Assembly (NCBI GenBank): GCA_965250045.1
Contig: OZ252286.1
Span: 2,150,269 to 2,214,268 of the forward strand
Source of the DNA: Candidatus Marinacidobacterium sp.
GTDB lineage: Bacteria; Acidobacteriota; Vicinamibacteria; Marinacidobacterales; Marinacidobacteraceae
Reading direction: 5' to 3'
DNA: 64,000 nucleotides
Positions 29,744 to 40,416 of this stretch are shown one piece after another; position 1 is the first letter of the stretch, and each line of letters opens with the position of its first letter. Made by a program: the position numbers and the translations under genes. A model generated the notes under the pieces. It ran no database searches, was not told the DNA's origin, and saw nothing but the letters and a program-made list of their open reading frames with translations.

Positions 29744-32227
29744 TCAGTTGTTGTTCGGGCGCCGGTTACCGCTCGAACTGCTGCCGCGACTCACCGCGGT
29801 GCCACCACCGCCGCTGCCTCCGGCGCTGCTGCCGCCACCGCTGGCGCTGCTGCCGCCGCCGCCACTTGCGCCGCCGCCACCGCCGCCGCCCCGGCTCGCG
29901 CCGCTCTGTCCGCTCCCCGCGAAGCGGGAGAATCCACCGGGACGACTCCGCGAGGCGCTCGGTCGGCTACGCGAAGCCGCGCTCGGGCGACTGCGCGAGG
30001 CTCCGCTCGGACGACTCCTCACGGCTCCGCTGCTCGGACGGCTGCGGGAGGCGCCACTTGGGCGGCTCCGGCTGGCCCCGCTGCTCGGACGGCTGCGGGA
30101 GGCGCCGCTGGGGCGGCTCCGGCTGGCCCCGCTGCTCGGCTGGCTGCGGGAGGCTGGCGGGAGGCCGCTGGGGCGGCTCCGGCTGGCTCCGCTGCTGGGC
30201 TGACTGCGAGAGGCTCCGCTGGGGCGGCCCCGGCTGGCTCCGCTGCTCGGCTGGCTGCGGGAGGCGCCGCTGGGGCGGCTCCGGCTGGCTCCGCTGCGGG
30301 GCTGACTGCGGGAGGCGCCGCTTGGGCGGCTCCGGCTGGCTCCGCTGCTGGGCTGACTGCGAGAGGCTCCGCTCGGCCGATTCCGGACGGCACCGCTGTT
30401 CGGGCGGCTGCGGGGAGTTCCCGACCGGCCGGCAGCGGCAGCGCCGCTTCTCGGCGAGGCGGGCCGAACCGCTGACGGTCTTCTCGCTCCGGTCTCGCCC
30501 GTCCGCCCGGCGCGCGGCCTCGGAGATGTCGCCGGGCGGTTCCCGGCGGAGCCTGCCCGGCCGCGGGCGGCCTCGGGACGCCCCGTCTGCCGTCCGGCGG
30601 CCGCGGGTCCGGCCGCCCCCCGGCCTTGAGTCGTTGCCCGGGGAGTCGTTGCCCGGGACCGGTTCGCCTCCGCGTTGCCGGCACTCCCGCCCCGTCCGTC
30701 CGCTTCACGGGACAGGATGGCGCGGTCTCTTTCGGATGCGTACGTCGACCGCGTGCTGCGCGCGCGCGCTGCGCTTGACGGGATCGCCACGCGCTGCCCG
30801 CGCAGGGTGCGGCGATCGGCTCCCACCGCGGAGCGGCCGGCGGCGGACGCTGCCCGGGTGGTGGCGACCCGAGAATTCGAGAGCCGGCGATTCGTGGACT
30901 TGGCCGAGCGGGTCATTGCGGTGACCCCCACGGCGCGCTGCCGGAAACCTCTGTCGAGGATCGCTCCCCGGGACAGAACCTGGGCGTCATCCAGGTTCTT
31001 CAGACTTGAGGCGGACAACCGGTTGCGGGAGGCCGGCCGGCCGATCGCCTCCCGATCGGTGAAACTCCAGGAACCCCGATCGGCGACGGACCCGCGGGGC
31101 ACCGCCTTCCCGAGGATTGTTCCCCGGGGGATTCCGCGTCGTCCCCCGCGTGCCCCGGTTACGTTGTCGTAATTGCCGTGGTAGTAGCCGTACCCGTACC
31201 CGTAGAAGTCGTACACGGGGTAGCCGTAGTAGTTCAGCGGAGACCAGCCGACCCAGTTGTGGCCATAGCTCCAGGAGACCCAGCCCGGGCCCCAGACCGA
31301 GCCCGGCAGCCAGTACCAGCCGAGGGGACCGTGGCTCCACCTGCCGTAGTGATAGGGAGCCCATCCCCACGGGTCGTAGGAGACCCAGGTCAGGCCGAAC
31401 GGCGTGTGAGCCCAGCGTCCCTGCCGGTAGGGCGCCCATCCGGTGGAAACGGTCGGATACCAGACCCATCCCAGATGGACGTCCTGGTGCCAGCGGCCGT
31501 GCCCATCCAGGTCGTGGGCGTATTCCCGCACTTCCTCGGGAAGTTCGTCGTAGTGAGTTTCCGCGGTGGTGACGAACAGCCGCTGGCGGTCCTCGGTCCA
31601 CGCGAAGAAGTTGTCGTTGCCCAGGTATTCCTCCGGGGGGGCCGGCGCGGTCCCTTCGGAAGCGATGGTCCGCTGACCGGCTCCCACCAGTACGGAGCCC
31701 CATTCGGTGGACACTGTCGCAATGCCCGAGTACACGACAAACTGGACCGTCCGGCCATCTTCGAGCAGGTCCGTCCGGTACTCCCCCTCTCCCTGAGGGG
31801 AGAAGGTGCCGCCGGGGGTCTCCACGACGACCTCGGCGTCGCCGCCCATCCACACGATGAGCGCCCCGGTCCAGAACCCCAGCCGGTGCGGACTATCTCC
31901 TTCCACGTAGTCCAGCTTCGTGCCCTGGTCCATCCAGGCAGTGACCCGGCCTGCGAAGCGCAGTTCGACCTGGCCGGGTTCGCGCGTCCAGATGCGGTCT
32001 CCGGGAAGGAAGGGACTGCCTCGCTCCGCCTCGTGAGCGCCGAAGTCGTCAGCCCGCTGATGCCAGACGTCGCCGTCGACGGTGCTGAGATTGCCGTATG
32101 CGTAGGAACGTCCGGTTTCCTCGTTGGCCTGCGCGAGCGCTGGCGCCGGTTGGCCCAGAGCAAGCAGCAGGCTCAGAGCGCCTGAGTGCCAGAGGATCTT
32201 GTTGCGCTTGTTTGCTCTTTCGTGCAT
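29744..32227 (-). CDS. FecR-like / DUF6600 domain exported protein with long disordered tail
   Basis: RBS GAGGAGG, ATG 32227; GWAPYRQGRW, PWGWAPYHYGRW, VWGPGWVSW. Confidence 0.85.
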   Translation of the reverse strand: MHERANKRNKILWHSGALSLLLALGQPAPALAQANEETGRSYAYGNLSTVDGDVWHQRADDFGAHEAERGSPFLPGDRIWTREPGQVELRFAGRVTAWMDQGTKLDYVEGDSPHRLGFWTGALIVWMGGDAEVVVETPGGTFSPQGEGEYRTDLLEDGRTVQFVVYSGIATVSTEWGSVLVGAGQRTIASEGTAPAPPEEYLGNDNFFAWTEDRQRLFVTTAETHYDELPEEVREYAHDLDGHGRWHQDVHLGWVWYPTVSTGWAPYRQGRWAHTPFGLTWVSYDPWGWAPYHYGRWSHGPLGWYWLPGSVWGPGWVSWSYGHNWVGWSPLNYYGYPVYDFYGYGYGYYHGNYDNVTGARGGRRGIPRGTILGKAVPRGSVADRGSWSFTDREAIGRPASRNRLSASSLKNLDDAQVLSRGAILDRGFRQRAVGVTAMTRSAKSTNRRLSNSRVATTRAASAAGRSAVGADRRTLRGQRVAIPSSAARARSTRSTYASERDRAILSREADGRGGSAGNAEANRSRATTPRATTQGRGAAGPAAAGRQTGRPEAARGRAGSAGNRPATSPRPRAGRTGETGARRPSAVRPASPRSGAAAAGRSGTPRSRPNSGAVRNRPSGASRSQPSSGASRSRPSGASRSQPRSGASRSRPSGASRSQPSSGASRGRPSGASRSQPSSGASRSRPSGLPPASRSQPSSGASRSRPSGASRSRPSSGASRSRPSGASRSRPSSGAVRSRPSGASRSRPSAASRSRPSASRSRPGGFSRFAGSGQSGASRGGGGGGGASGGGGSSASGGGSSAGGSGGGGTAVSRGSSSSGNRRPNNN
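29935..30375 (-). repeat. 24/27-nt coding tandem repeats (SRSRPSGA / SRSQPSSGA)
   Basis: Visible in the translation of the C-terminal tail; boundaries approximate. Confidence 0.8.
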
Positions 32228-32370
32228 GGGCCACCTCCTCGAAGGCTGGCATCTCACGATGTCGCAATCCCTATGCCAGACGACAGCCGGTTAACGCATG
32301 AACCTGTCGGAACCCCATTTCGACTCATCGGGACCGGCCTGACGGTGCGTCGTGACGCCGGCGCCGCCCA

Positions 32371-32787
32371 TCAACCGAGGCGGTTCAGGAATCCCGACGC
32401 CTGGATGCGTGCCCGGGCCGCCCGGAACTTGCGCCAAGCCGGCCGGACATCGCGGTCGCGGTTCACGAGTTGCGCGAGCTTGCTCCCGTCGGGGTCATCC
32501 TCGAGGAGGGCTTCGAGACGCTGCCGCATCTCGCCTGCCGGAAGTGATTCGACGAACGCGTCCTGTTCATTCAGGGTGTCTTCGAGCCGTGGTTTCGGAA
32601 CGGGAACGAAGCGACCCCGAATGTCTGATTCCAACTGCCAGACAATCTCCTGAGTGGAAGGATCCTCGTGGTCTTCCGCCACGCTCACCATGCGGGCGGT
32701 ATCCCGGTCGTAGTAGTAGGTGCGTTCCGGGCCGTCGTCCACGAAAGCGGCGACCAGCGCCTCAAGCAGAGAAGGATCGGTCTCCAC
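32371..32787 (-). CDS. UPF0158 family protein
   Basis: YYYDRDT..RFVPVP..DAFVESL..MRQRLEALL pattern. Confidence 0.65.
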   Translation of the reverse strand: METDPSLLEALVAAFVDDGPERTYYYDRDTARMVSVAEDHEDPSTQEIVWQLESDIRGRFVPVPKPRLEDTLNEQDAFVESLPAGEMRQRLEALLEDDPDGSKLAQLVNRDRDVRPAWRKFRAARARIQASGFLNRLG

Positions 32788-32908
32788 GGACTCGCAACCG
32801 TTGTAATCGGGAACTAGGGGAGGCGGGAAGCCCCCACGAGAGAGACTAGTCGAGAGACCCCGGTCACGCCAATTGCTTGTTCGCGGTAGCGCGACGGCCG
32901 CATCGTCA

Positions 32909-33089
32909 ACAGCCTGTGGTGGAACCCGGGTGAGCGCCGCGAGCGGGGAGGCGCCCGGCTGACAAGGCGCGTGAGGGAGGAATACCAGGTGTATCGCAAC
33001 CGAAACGCAACGCAGAACGGAGCGAAGCGGAGTGGTTCAGCCGGGATGCATCGCCGCTCGAACGCCGCCTGGGTTTCACCACGGGCTGT
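32909..33089 (-). mobile_element. MITE copy, bare 181-bp core, reverse orientation
   Basis: ACAGCCTGTGGTGGAACCC...GGGTTTCACCACGGGCTGT|TA; no module. Confidence 0.85.
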
Positions 33090-33093
33090 TAAC

Positions 33094-34077
33094 TCAGGCG
33101 CGTCGGCGCCGCGTGATCCTGGACAATTCGGGAGGGTCATTGGTGATCTGCAGCGTCTGGGTTTCGATTCCATCCGCGTCAAGCCGGACGCCCGCCACCA
33201 GGGGACCGTCGGTGACGCCGGCGGCGCAAAAGATCAGGCTCCTGCCAGGCGCCAGCTCGGTGGTGGTGAGTACGCGACTCGGCTCCTCGACTCCCGTTTC
33301 TCGAAGGCGCTGCCTCTCCGCTTCGTTTCTGACGAGCAGCCTCCCCAGCATCCCGCCGCCGAGGCAGCGCAGGGCGGCGGCCGCGATGACCCCCTCCGGA
33401 GCCCCTCCCGACCCCATGGCCGCCTGGATTCCTGAACCCGGCGTCGCGCTCAGGATGCCGGCCGAGAGGTCGCCGTCCCCGATGAGGCGGACGCGGGCGC
33501 CGCTACGCCGCAGTCCGGCAATCAAGCCTTCGTGCCGGGGGCGGTCGAGGACAACGACCGTGATCTCGCCCGCTGGGCAGCCTTCGGCCTCGGCGATTGC
33601 CTGGACGTTCCGCTCTGGCGGATGTTCGAGCCGGATCTCGGTGCCGAGCAGGTTCCGACTGGCCGCGCCCACCATGATCTTCTCCATGTAGATGTCGGGC
33701 GCGGTCAGCAGTCCACCGCGCTCGGACCCGGCCAACACCGCAATGGCTCCCGGACCCCCGGTGGCGCACAGGTTCGTGCCCTCGAGAGGATCCACCGCGA
33801 TCTCCAACTCCGGGGCGTCGTCGTCGCCGGCGCCGAACTCCTCTCCACTCCAAAGCATGGGAGCCTTGTCGCGTTCCCCTTCACCGATGACCACCCGTCC
33901 CCGCACCGGGAGCGTATCCAGGACCTGGCGCATGGCGGACACCGCAACCTGGTCCGAATGGTGGCGGTCGCCCTGTCCGATGGTGCGGGCGCAGGCGATG
34001 GCTGCCTCCTCGACCGTCCGGACGAGGTAGGGGGCTAACCCCCGGATCGGGGTCTCGCCCGCCGCCTTTTTGCTCAA
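33094..34077 (-). CDS. glpX: Class II fructose-1,6-bisphosphatase
   Basis: [46 protein letters not shown]; TTG 34077 overlaps the upstream stop. Confidence 0.93.
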   Translation of the reverse strand: MSKKAAGETPIRGLAPYLVRTVEEAAIACARTIGQGDRHHSDQVAVSAMRQVLDTLPVRGRVVIGEGERDKAPMLWSGEEFGAGDDDAPELEIAVDPLEGTNLCATGGPGAIAVLAGSERGGLLTAPDIYMEKIMVGAASRNLLGTEIRLEHPPERNVQAIAEAEGCPAGEITVVVLDRPRHEGLIAGLRRSGARVRLIGDGDLSAGILSATPGSGIQAAMGSGGAPEGVIAAAALRCLGGGMLGRLLVRNEAERQRLRETGVEEPSRVLTTTELAPGRSLIFCAAGVTDGPLVAGVRLDADGIETQTLQITNDPPELSRITRRRRA

Positions 34078-35288
34078 CGCTCGTTGGGTGCCGGGAGGGT
34101 GACCCGGGTGGGGCGATCCCGCCGGTATCCCAGCGCGTAGTCGGCCTGCATCAGGGTGTGGATTTCCCGGGTTCCCTCGTAGATGACGGCACCCTTGGAA
34201 TTCCGCCAGAAGCGCCCCACGGGATACTCGTCCGAGTAGCCGTAGGAACCGTGGATCTGAATTGCGTCCGATGCTGCCCTTTCGGAGGCGACCGTGGAGA
34301 CCCACTTGGCAAGTGAGGTCTCGCGGGTGTTTCGGCGTGCCCGGTTCTTCAGCTCTCCAGCGCGAAGCCACAGTAGCCGGCTGACCTCGTAGTCGCGTTC
34401 CATGTTGGCGATCATCTGCTTGACGAGCTGATATCGGCCGATCTCCTGACCGAAGGTTGTGCGGGCGCGAGCCCACCGAACGCTCTCATCCCTGCAGGCC
34501 CGGATGAGTCCCGTCGCGCCGGCCGCCACGGTATAGCGACCCTGATCCAGCGCGAACATGGCGATCTTGAAGCCCTCGCCCTCTTCGCCGAGCCGGTTCG
34601 CCGCCGGCACCCGGACATCGTGCATGCGGAACCAGCCCGTGTTTCCTGCCCGAATCCCCCACTTGTGCTTCATGTTGCCGGACTCGAATCCGGGGAAGGA
34701 GCGTTCCACGATAAAAGCCGACAGGCCCGAGTGATCCCGCCGGGCCCGTTTGTCGGGATCCGTCCAGGCGATCACGAGGAAGTTGTCGGCGATCTCGGCC
34801 AGGGAGATCCAGTGCTTTTCGCCCGACAGCACGTAGTCCGACCCGTCGCGTCGGGCCATCGCCCGGATGCCCACCGCGTCGCTCCCCGCGTCGGGTTCGG
34901 TGAGTCCGTAGGTTGCGATCTCGGCCCCTTCGGCTTGTGGCCGCAGATAGCGCTCCTTTTGTGCTTCGCTGCCCCAGGCCAACAGCGACAGGGAGTTCAG
35001 CCCGACGTGCACCGACATGATGACGCGCAGCGAGGTATCCACGTATTCGAGTTCTTCGCAGGCAAGCCCAAGCGAGATGTAGTCCAGCCCCGCTCCCCCG
35101 TAGCGCTCGGGAACGGAGATTCCCAGGATGCCGAGCTCTCCCAGTCCCTTGAGGATGCTGCGATCAAAGACCTTTGCGGCATCGTTTTGGCGGATGTGCG
35201 GCGCCACCTCGCGCGCCGCGAACTCGCGAACCAGCGACTCCGTTGCGCGATGTTCTTCACTCAGATCGAAGTTCAGACGCTCAGCCAA
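34074..35288 (-). CDS. Acyl-CoA dehydrogenase family protein
   Basis: [32 protein letters not shown]. Confidence 0.93.
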   Translation of the reverse strand: MAERLNFDLSEEHRATESLVREFAAREVAPHIRQNDAAKVFDRSILKGLGELGILGISVPERYGGAGLDYISLGLACEELEYVDTSLRVIMSVHVGLNSLSLLAWGSEAQKERYLRPQAEGAEIATYGLTEPDAGSDAVGIRAMARRDGSDYVLSGEKHWISLAEIADNFLVIAWTDPDKRARRDHSGLSAFIVERSFPGFESGNMKHKWGIRAGNTGWFRMHDVRVPAANRLGEEGEGFKIAMFALDQGRYTVAAGATGLIRACRDESVRWARARTTFGQEIGRYQLVKQMIANMERDYEVSRLLWLRAGELKNRARRNTRETSLAKWVSTVASERAASDAIQIHGSYGYSDEYPVGRFWRNSKGAVIYEGTREIHTLMQADYALGYRRDRPTRVTLPAPNER

Positions 35289-35386
35289 AGTTCATCTCGC
35301 CTTTCCCGGTTCCTTCCATCCCGCCCGCATCCCGCCGGTGGCGCGGAGCGCGGAGTATATGGCGATGCTCCGGGCCCCTCGTGCTA

Positions 35387-36526
35387 GTGTGGTGTCCCGC
35401 AAATGGCGATGATAATATGGGGTCCTCCCAGGAGGTCCCCATGCCGAAAGGACGCCCCCTGTCGCCACTCGTCCTCGATGAGGAACAGCGAGGCCAACTG
35501 ATGGCCCTGTCCCGATCCACCTCCATGCCCCACGGACTGGTGCAGCGGGCGCGGCTGATTCTGGCGAGCGCCGAAGGCCTCTCCAACCAGGCGGTGGCGG
35601 AACGCGTCGGCCTCACGCCCAACGTCGTGGGGAAGTGGCGACGCCGCTTCCGGGAGGCAGGGGTCACCGGCCTCCACGACGAACTCCGCCCGGGACGGCC
35701 GCGCACCTACAGCGACGAGAAAGTGGCGACGCTCATCAACCATGCCCTCCAGGAAGAGCCCGACAATGCCACCCATTGGAGCGTGCGCTCCATGGCGGAC
35801 GCGCAGGGAGTCTCCAAGAGCACGGTGCAGCGCTGGTTCGCCCTGTTCGGCGTCAAGCCGCACCTGACCCGGACCTTCAAGCTCTCTACCGACCCCTTCT
35901 TCATCGAGAAAGTCCGGGACATCGTGGGGCTCTACCTCCATCCACCGGACAACGCCATGGTCCTCTGCGTGGACGAAAAGTCCCAGATCCAGGCCTTGAA
36001 CCGCACCCAGCGAGCCTTGCCCCTGGGCCTGGGCTATGTCGAGGGCTACACCCACGACTACCTCCGCCACGGCACCACCACCCTCTTCGCCGCCCTGGAT
36101 GCCGCCACCGGAAAGGTCATCGCTCGCTGCCGCCAGCGGCACCGCCATCAGGAGTTCCTCGACTTCCTGCGTCTCATTGACCGCGAAACTCCGGGAGATC
36201 TTGACCTCCACCTGGTGGTCGACAACTACGCCACCCACAAACACCCCAAGGTCCGCGCCTGGCTGGCCCGCCGACCTCGTTTCCACCTCCACTTCACCCC
36301 GACCTATGCCTCCTGGCTCAACCAGGTGGAGCGCTGGTTCGGACTCATCAGCCAGCAGGCCATCAAGCGCGGCAGTTTCCAAAGCGTCACCCAGTTGAAG
36401 CAGACGATCATGGCGTTCACCGACCAATACAACCACAACTCCACCCCCTTCGTCTGGGTCGCCACCGCACAATCCATCCTGGAGAAGCTGGAACGACTAG
36501 CAACTCGTATTTCCGGGACAGCACAC
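35387..36526 (+). mobile_element. IS630 family insertion sequence
   Basis: Terminal IRs GTGTGGTGTCCCGCAAAT / GTGTGCTGTCCCGGAAAT (16/18 match), flanked by TA on both sides. Confidence 0.93.
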
Positions 36527-36529
36527 TAG
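35441..36529 (+). CDS. IS630 family transposase
   Basis: RBS AGGAGG; [39 protein letters not shown]. Confidence 0.95.
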   Translation: MPKGRPLSPLVLDEEQRGQLMALSRSTSMPHGLVQRARLILASAEGLSNQAVAERVGLTPNVVGKWRRRFREAGVTGLHDELRPGRPRTYSDEKVATLINHALQEEPDNATHWSVRSMADAQGVSKSTVQRWFALFGVKPHLTRTFKLSTDPFFIEKVRDIVGLYLHPPDNAMVLCVDEKSQIQALNRTQRALPLGLGYVEGYTHDYLRHGTTTLFAALDAATGKVIARCRQRHRHQEFLDFLRLIDRETPGDLDLHLVVDNYATHKHPKVRAWLARRPRFHLHFTPTYASWLNQVERWFGLISQQAIKRGSFQSVTQLKQTIMAFTDQYNHNSTPFVWVATAQSILEKLERLATRISGTAH

Positions 36530-36746
36530 CAGCCTGTGGTGGAACCCGGGTGAGCGCCGAGAGCGGCCAGTTCTCCCGGTGGGGGCGAGGCGCCCGGCTG
36601 ACAAGGCGCGTGAGGGAGGAATACCGGGTGTATTTCGACCGAAACGCAACGCAGAACGGAGCGAAGCGGAGTGGTTCAGCCGGGATGGATCGCCGCTCGA
36701 GCCCCCACCGGGAGAACTGGGCCGCCTGGGTTTCACCACCGGCTGC
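36529..36746 (-). mobile_element. MITE copy (218 bp, two modules), reverse orientation
   Basis: TA|GCAGCCTGTGG...CCACCGGCTGC|TA; shares its TA with the IS630. Confidence 0.85.
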
Positions 36747-36773
36747 TAGAGCCGCGCCGGAGGTGATGGGCGA

Positions 36774-38396
36774 TCAGATCCCGCTGGCGAGGGCGGCGGT
36801 CGCCGCTTCCGCTTCCGCCTTGCGTTTGCTGGCGCCCACTCCTCTGCCCAGCGCGCGCCGGCCGGCGAGGACTTCCATCACGTATGTCTTGTCGTGCTCC
36901 GGGCCACTCTCGGAGATAAGCCGGTAGACGGGTAGACGCCCCTCGTTCTTCACGAGCGCCTCCTGTAGCGCGCCCTTCGGGTTGTCGCTCGGGATGGAGA
37001 CCGGGGCGGTACTCGTCTCGCCAATGTCGCGCCCGGAGCGGGACGCTGATTCACTCCTGGTTGGGATGCGCCTGCGATTGGCCTGCCTTTCGAGGCGCGC
37101 GAGCACCTGGCGCGCCGCATCCTTCTCGGCCTCTTTGAGACCGCGGCCGACTCCGGTTTCCAGCATTCCGGCCAGCCGCACGGTCACCGAGACCTTCCCG
37201 TCGGCCCCCGCGCTCCTGGTCCCGCGTTTCACTTCGTACCGGGGCGCTTCCTTGCCGGCCTGCGCGAGACGATTCTGGAGAAGCGTCTTCGGGTCCAGCA
37301 GCTCCAGGTCGGGATCCTGGAGCTCTTCCAGAGCCTCGGCGAACGGCCGGCCGAGCGCTCGCCGAGCCGCTCCCAGATTGCCGTCCACATAGAGCGCCCC
37401 CATCACCGCTTCGGCGGTCGCGACGGCTTCGTCGCCGTCTCCGAGCGACCAATGCCGGCTCAATGTCCGGGTGAACTCGTGGCTTTGGAACCTCATTCGG
37501 GCGAGGGTCATGCGTCCTTCGTCCCACTCGGGGAAGTGGTTGTGGAGTGTCTCCGCGAGCACCAGATGCGTGACGTCACGCCCCAGGAAACGCAGGGCCT
37601 GCCGGCTCGGAGTCTGGGCTGCTACCCCCCGGCCCAGTGAACGCGGAGCCGGGCTCCGGCGTCTTCTGGTTCGCCGTCTCTTCCCGCGGCGGCCCGCGGG
37701 TTCGCTTCCCCGGTTGGGCCCGTCCTCGTCGAGCGCCGCCAGCAGGATTCCGGGACGGGAAAAGGTGTATCCGAGCGCCTGCTCGACTCCCGAGCGAAGG
37801 AAGGCAGTGCGGCGGACGATCCGGATGCCGATCCGCCCCAGGGAGCGGAACCCTCCGGCCCCCTGACGAATCCATCCCGGAACGCCTTCCGGCGGCCTCA
37901 GTCGAAGCCTCTCCAGCTTCTTCCTGAACGCGGCGCCGACGACGCCCCGCGCCGCGGCTATGCCGCCGTCGAGATAGGCAGCCCCCAGAACGGCTTCAAA
38001 GACGTTCGCCAGGATGCGATCCGAAGAACGCACCTCCTCGCCGGCGTTCCGTCCGCGGCCGACGCGAATTCCCTCATCCAGCGAGAGGGTTCGGGCCGCC
38101 GAGGCGAGCGACTGGTTGCTCACCACCTCGGATTTGGTCTCCTGACGCCGTTGCCCGTCCCAATGCGGGCGCTGAAAGTGCATCGACTCCGTGACGACGA
38201 GTCCCAGTGCGGCATCTCCGACGAACTCCAGCCGTTCGTAGTCGGGCACCTCATGATCGTTCCGGTAAGAGCCGTGGGTCAGGGCCTCCTCCAGAAGGTC
38301 GATGTTCCGGAAGCGGTAGCCGAGACCCCGGGCGAACTCCAGTACCGGACGATGGTCTGATGCCGGAGCGCGTCTTCGTCGTCTGCTTCGGGCCAT
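36774..38396 (-). CDS. rnc: Ribonuclease III with two RNase III domains and two dsRBDs
   Basis: ALTHGS..ERLEFVGDAALG..ANVFEAVLGAAYLDGG; second domain LGYTF..QALRFLGRDV..AEAVMGALYVDG; dsRBD starts DPKTLLQ and NPKGALQE. Confidence 0.88.
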   Translation of the reverse strand: MARSRRRRRAPASDHRPVLEFARGLGYRFRNIDLLEEALTHGSYRNDHEVPDYERLEFVGDAALGLVVTESMHFQRPHWDGQRRQETKSEVVSNQSLASAARTLSLDEGIRVGRGRNAGEEVRSSDRILANVFEAVLGAAYLDGGIAAARGVVGAAFRKKLERLRLRPPEGVPGWIRQGAGGFRSLGRIGIRIVRRTAFLRSGVEQALGYTFSRPGILLAALDEDGPNRGSEPAGRRGKRRRTRRRRSPAPRSLGRGVAAQTPSRQALRFLGRDVTHLVLAETLHNHFPEWDEGRMTLARMRFQSHEFTRTLSRHWSLGDGDEAVATAEAVMGALYVDGNLGAARRALGRPFAEALEELQDPDLELLDPKTLLQNRLAQAGKEAPRYEVKRGTRSAGADGKVSVTVRLAGMLETGVGRGLKEAEKDAARQVLARLERQANRRRIPTRSESASRSGRDIGETSTAPVSIPSDNPKGALQEALVKNEGRLPVYRLISESGPEHDKTYVMEVLAGRRALGRGVGASKRKAEAEAATAALASGI

Positions 38397-38397
38397 T

Positions 38398-40416
38398 TCA
38401 GTCCACCCGTACGAAAACCATCGTCAGATCGTCCGCGTGGGCCTCGGCCCCGGTGAAGTGCTGGACCGCGTCTTCCACGTTCCGTTGCAAAGCCGCCGGT
38501 GGCAGGGCTGCACCGTCTTCCAGGAGTCGCATGAGTCTTTCCTCCCCAAACATGTCGGACTCGGCGTTCATCGCTTCGGAGACGCCGTCCGTGAAGAAGA
38601 GCCAGGTCTCCCCCGCAGCGAGCGGTTGCGATCGCTCCTCGAGGAGCGCATCGAAGACCGGTCCTGGATCCAGCGCCAATCCGAGGCCCGGAGGCTCGAG
38701 CGCCTCGGAGCGGGGCCATTCGCCGTCTTGTCGAATCAGATGCAGGAGGGGACTGTGGCCGGCTCGGGCGAAAGTGACCCGGCTGGTGGCAGAGTCGAAA
38801 ACTGCGTAGGTGATGGTGATGAAGGTGCGCGAATCGAGTGCGTTGTATAGAACCTGGTTCGCTTCGATCAGCACCGTGCGCGGCGACTCGTGGACGCGAC
38901 TCAAGGCGAGCATCAGACCCTTGAGTTCGGCCATGATGAAAGCGGCGCGAGTGCCGGTCCCCGACACGTCGGCGATCACCACTCCGAGCCGATTCGGTCC
39001 GAGCGGGATCAGGTCGTAGTAGTCGCCGCCCACCTCGGTTGCCGGCCGGCAGACGGCGGCCACCGCAAATCCCGGCACTGAGACCGATCCTTCGGGAGGC
39101 AATAGCCGCGCCTGGGACTGGCGCGCGGTCTCCATCTCCTGTTCGAGAACGGCCGCGCGCCGGAGACGGCCCATGTCGTCGGCGATCTTGGCGGTCATGA
39201 TGTTGAAGGAGCTGGCGAGTTCCCCGAGCTGGTCAGTGGATGCGGCGCGAACCTGATGCCCGAAGTTCCCGCTCCGGACAAAATCGGTCCCCTGACTCAG
39301 AGCTTCCACGGATCGGGTGATCGAGCGAGCCAGCCGGAGCCCGGCGGAGAAAGCCACGCACTCGATGAGCACGAAGACGATGCCGAGGCCGCCGAGTACC
39401 AGGAGCAGGCCGCTGCGCCAATCCTGATTGCTGATCGCCACGGATTCGGAGAGTCCGCCCGTTGTTCCCTGGATCAGATGAATCGGGGCGAACCCGATGG
39501 CCACCACAATGGTGCCGCCTTCCATGTCCGGACCCCAGGGAACGGCCTCGAGCAGCAGCGGCTCGTCCCAGCCGATCGTGAATCGATCGTCGGCGGATCC
39601 TGAGGGATGCAGCGGGGCGGGAGGATCCTCGTTCTGATCTCCCAGATAGAGCGTCCACACCGTCCGGACGCTCAGGTCCTCCTCCCGGGCGCTTTGTTCG
39701 AGCAGCGGCGCCAGCGGAGCCAGGACGACTGCCAGGCGAACCCCGCGTGGGCCGGGAAACACGGCGCCGAACCATTCGGTGTCATCCATCTGCACCACGC
39801 CCTCGTACGGGGTGAGGGCCCATTCGGGCACCGGATCGGACTCGCGGATGGGCCCTTCGTTGCCGGAACGCGCCAATCGGACGATGCGTCCATCCTCGAC
39901 CTCGAGGTACCAGGCCGCCGCCCCGGGAGCGAAGGGTGTGACCCTCGCGACGGCTCGCTCCAGGCCCGAAGCAATTTCCGGCTCACCGGATCCCGGGGAG
40001 ACCTCCAACAGAATCCGTTGAGCCGCCGAGGCGAATGCTGTCCCCCGGGCTGCGAGGTTCGCCTGGAAGGCATAGGAGCCGAACAGTCCCAGAACTACGT
40101 AGAAGGCGAGCAGAAAGAAAGAGGTGAGCAGCAGGACTGGTAGCAGTCCCACGAACAGGTAGGAGACGGCCAGTTTCCGGCGCACGGGATAGAGCACCCA
40201 GTGGAGCAGGTCGCGCCCGAAGTACACGAGCACCGCGCCCAGCGTGATGACGAAGACCGTCCACGCGTCCGCCGTCCACGAGTGGGGAAGGGCTCCTGCC
40301 GAGGAAAGTGTGGCGATCGCTCCGACCCCGAGCAGAAAACGACCAGGCCAGGAGCGGGCGAGAGCCTTCGCTGCACGTTCCAAACCCTTGGCCAGGGATC
40401 CGGGGTGAGCAGGCAC
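38398..40416 (-). CDS. Membrane HAMP + SpoIIE/PP2C-type phosphatase
   Basis: TM segments; DQLGELASSFN; VGGDYYD, IADVSG, FTDGVSE, DDLT. Confidence 0.92.
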   Translation of the reverse strand: MPAHPGSLAKGLERAAKALARSWPGRFLLGVGAIATLSSAGALPHSWTADAWTVFVITLGAVLVYFGRDLLHWVLYPVRRKLAVSYLFVGLLPVLLLTSFFLLAFYVVLGLFGSYAFQANLAARGTAFASAAQRILLEVSPGSGEPEIASGLERAVARVTPFAPGAAAWYLEVEDGRIVRLARSGNEGPIRESDPVPEWALTPYEGVVQMDDTEWFGAVFPGPRGVRLAVVLAPLAPLLEQSAREEDLSVRTVWTLYLGDQNEDPPAPLHPSGSADDRFTIGWDEPLLLEAVPWGPDMEGGTIVVAIGFAPIHLIQGTTGGLSESVAISNQDWRSGLLLVLGGLGIVFVLIECVAFSAGLRLARSITRSVEALSQGTDFVRSGNFGHQVRAASTDQLGELASSFNIMTAKIADDMGRLRRAAVLEQEMETARQSQARLLPPEGSVSVPGFAVAAVCRPATEVGGDYYDLIPLGPNRLGVVIADVSGTGTRAAFIMAELKGLMLALSRVHESPRTVLIEANQVLYNALDSRTFITITYAVFDSATSRVTFARAGHSPLLHLIRQDGEWPRSEALEPPGLGLALDPGPVFDALLEERSQPLAAGETWLFFTDGVSEAMNAESDMFGEERLMRLLEDGAALPPAALQRNVEDAVQHFTGAEAHADDLTMVFVRVD

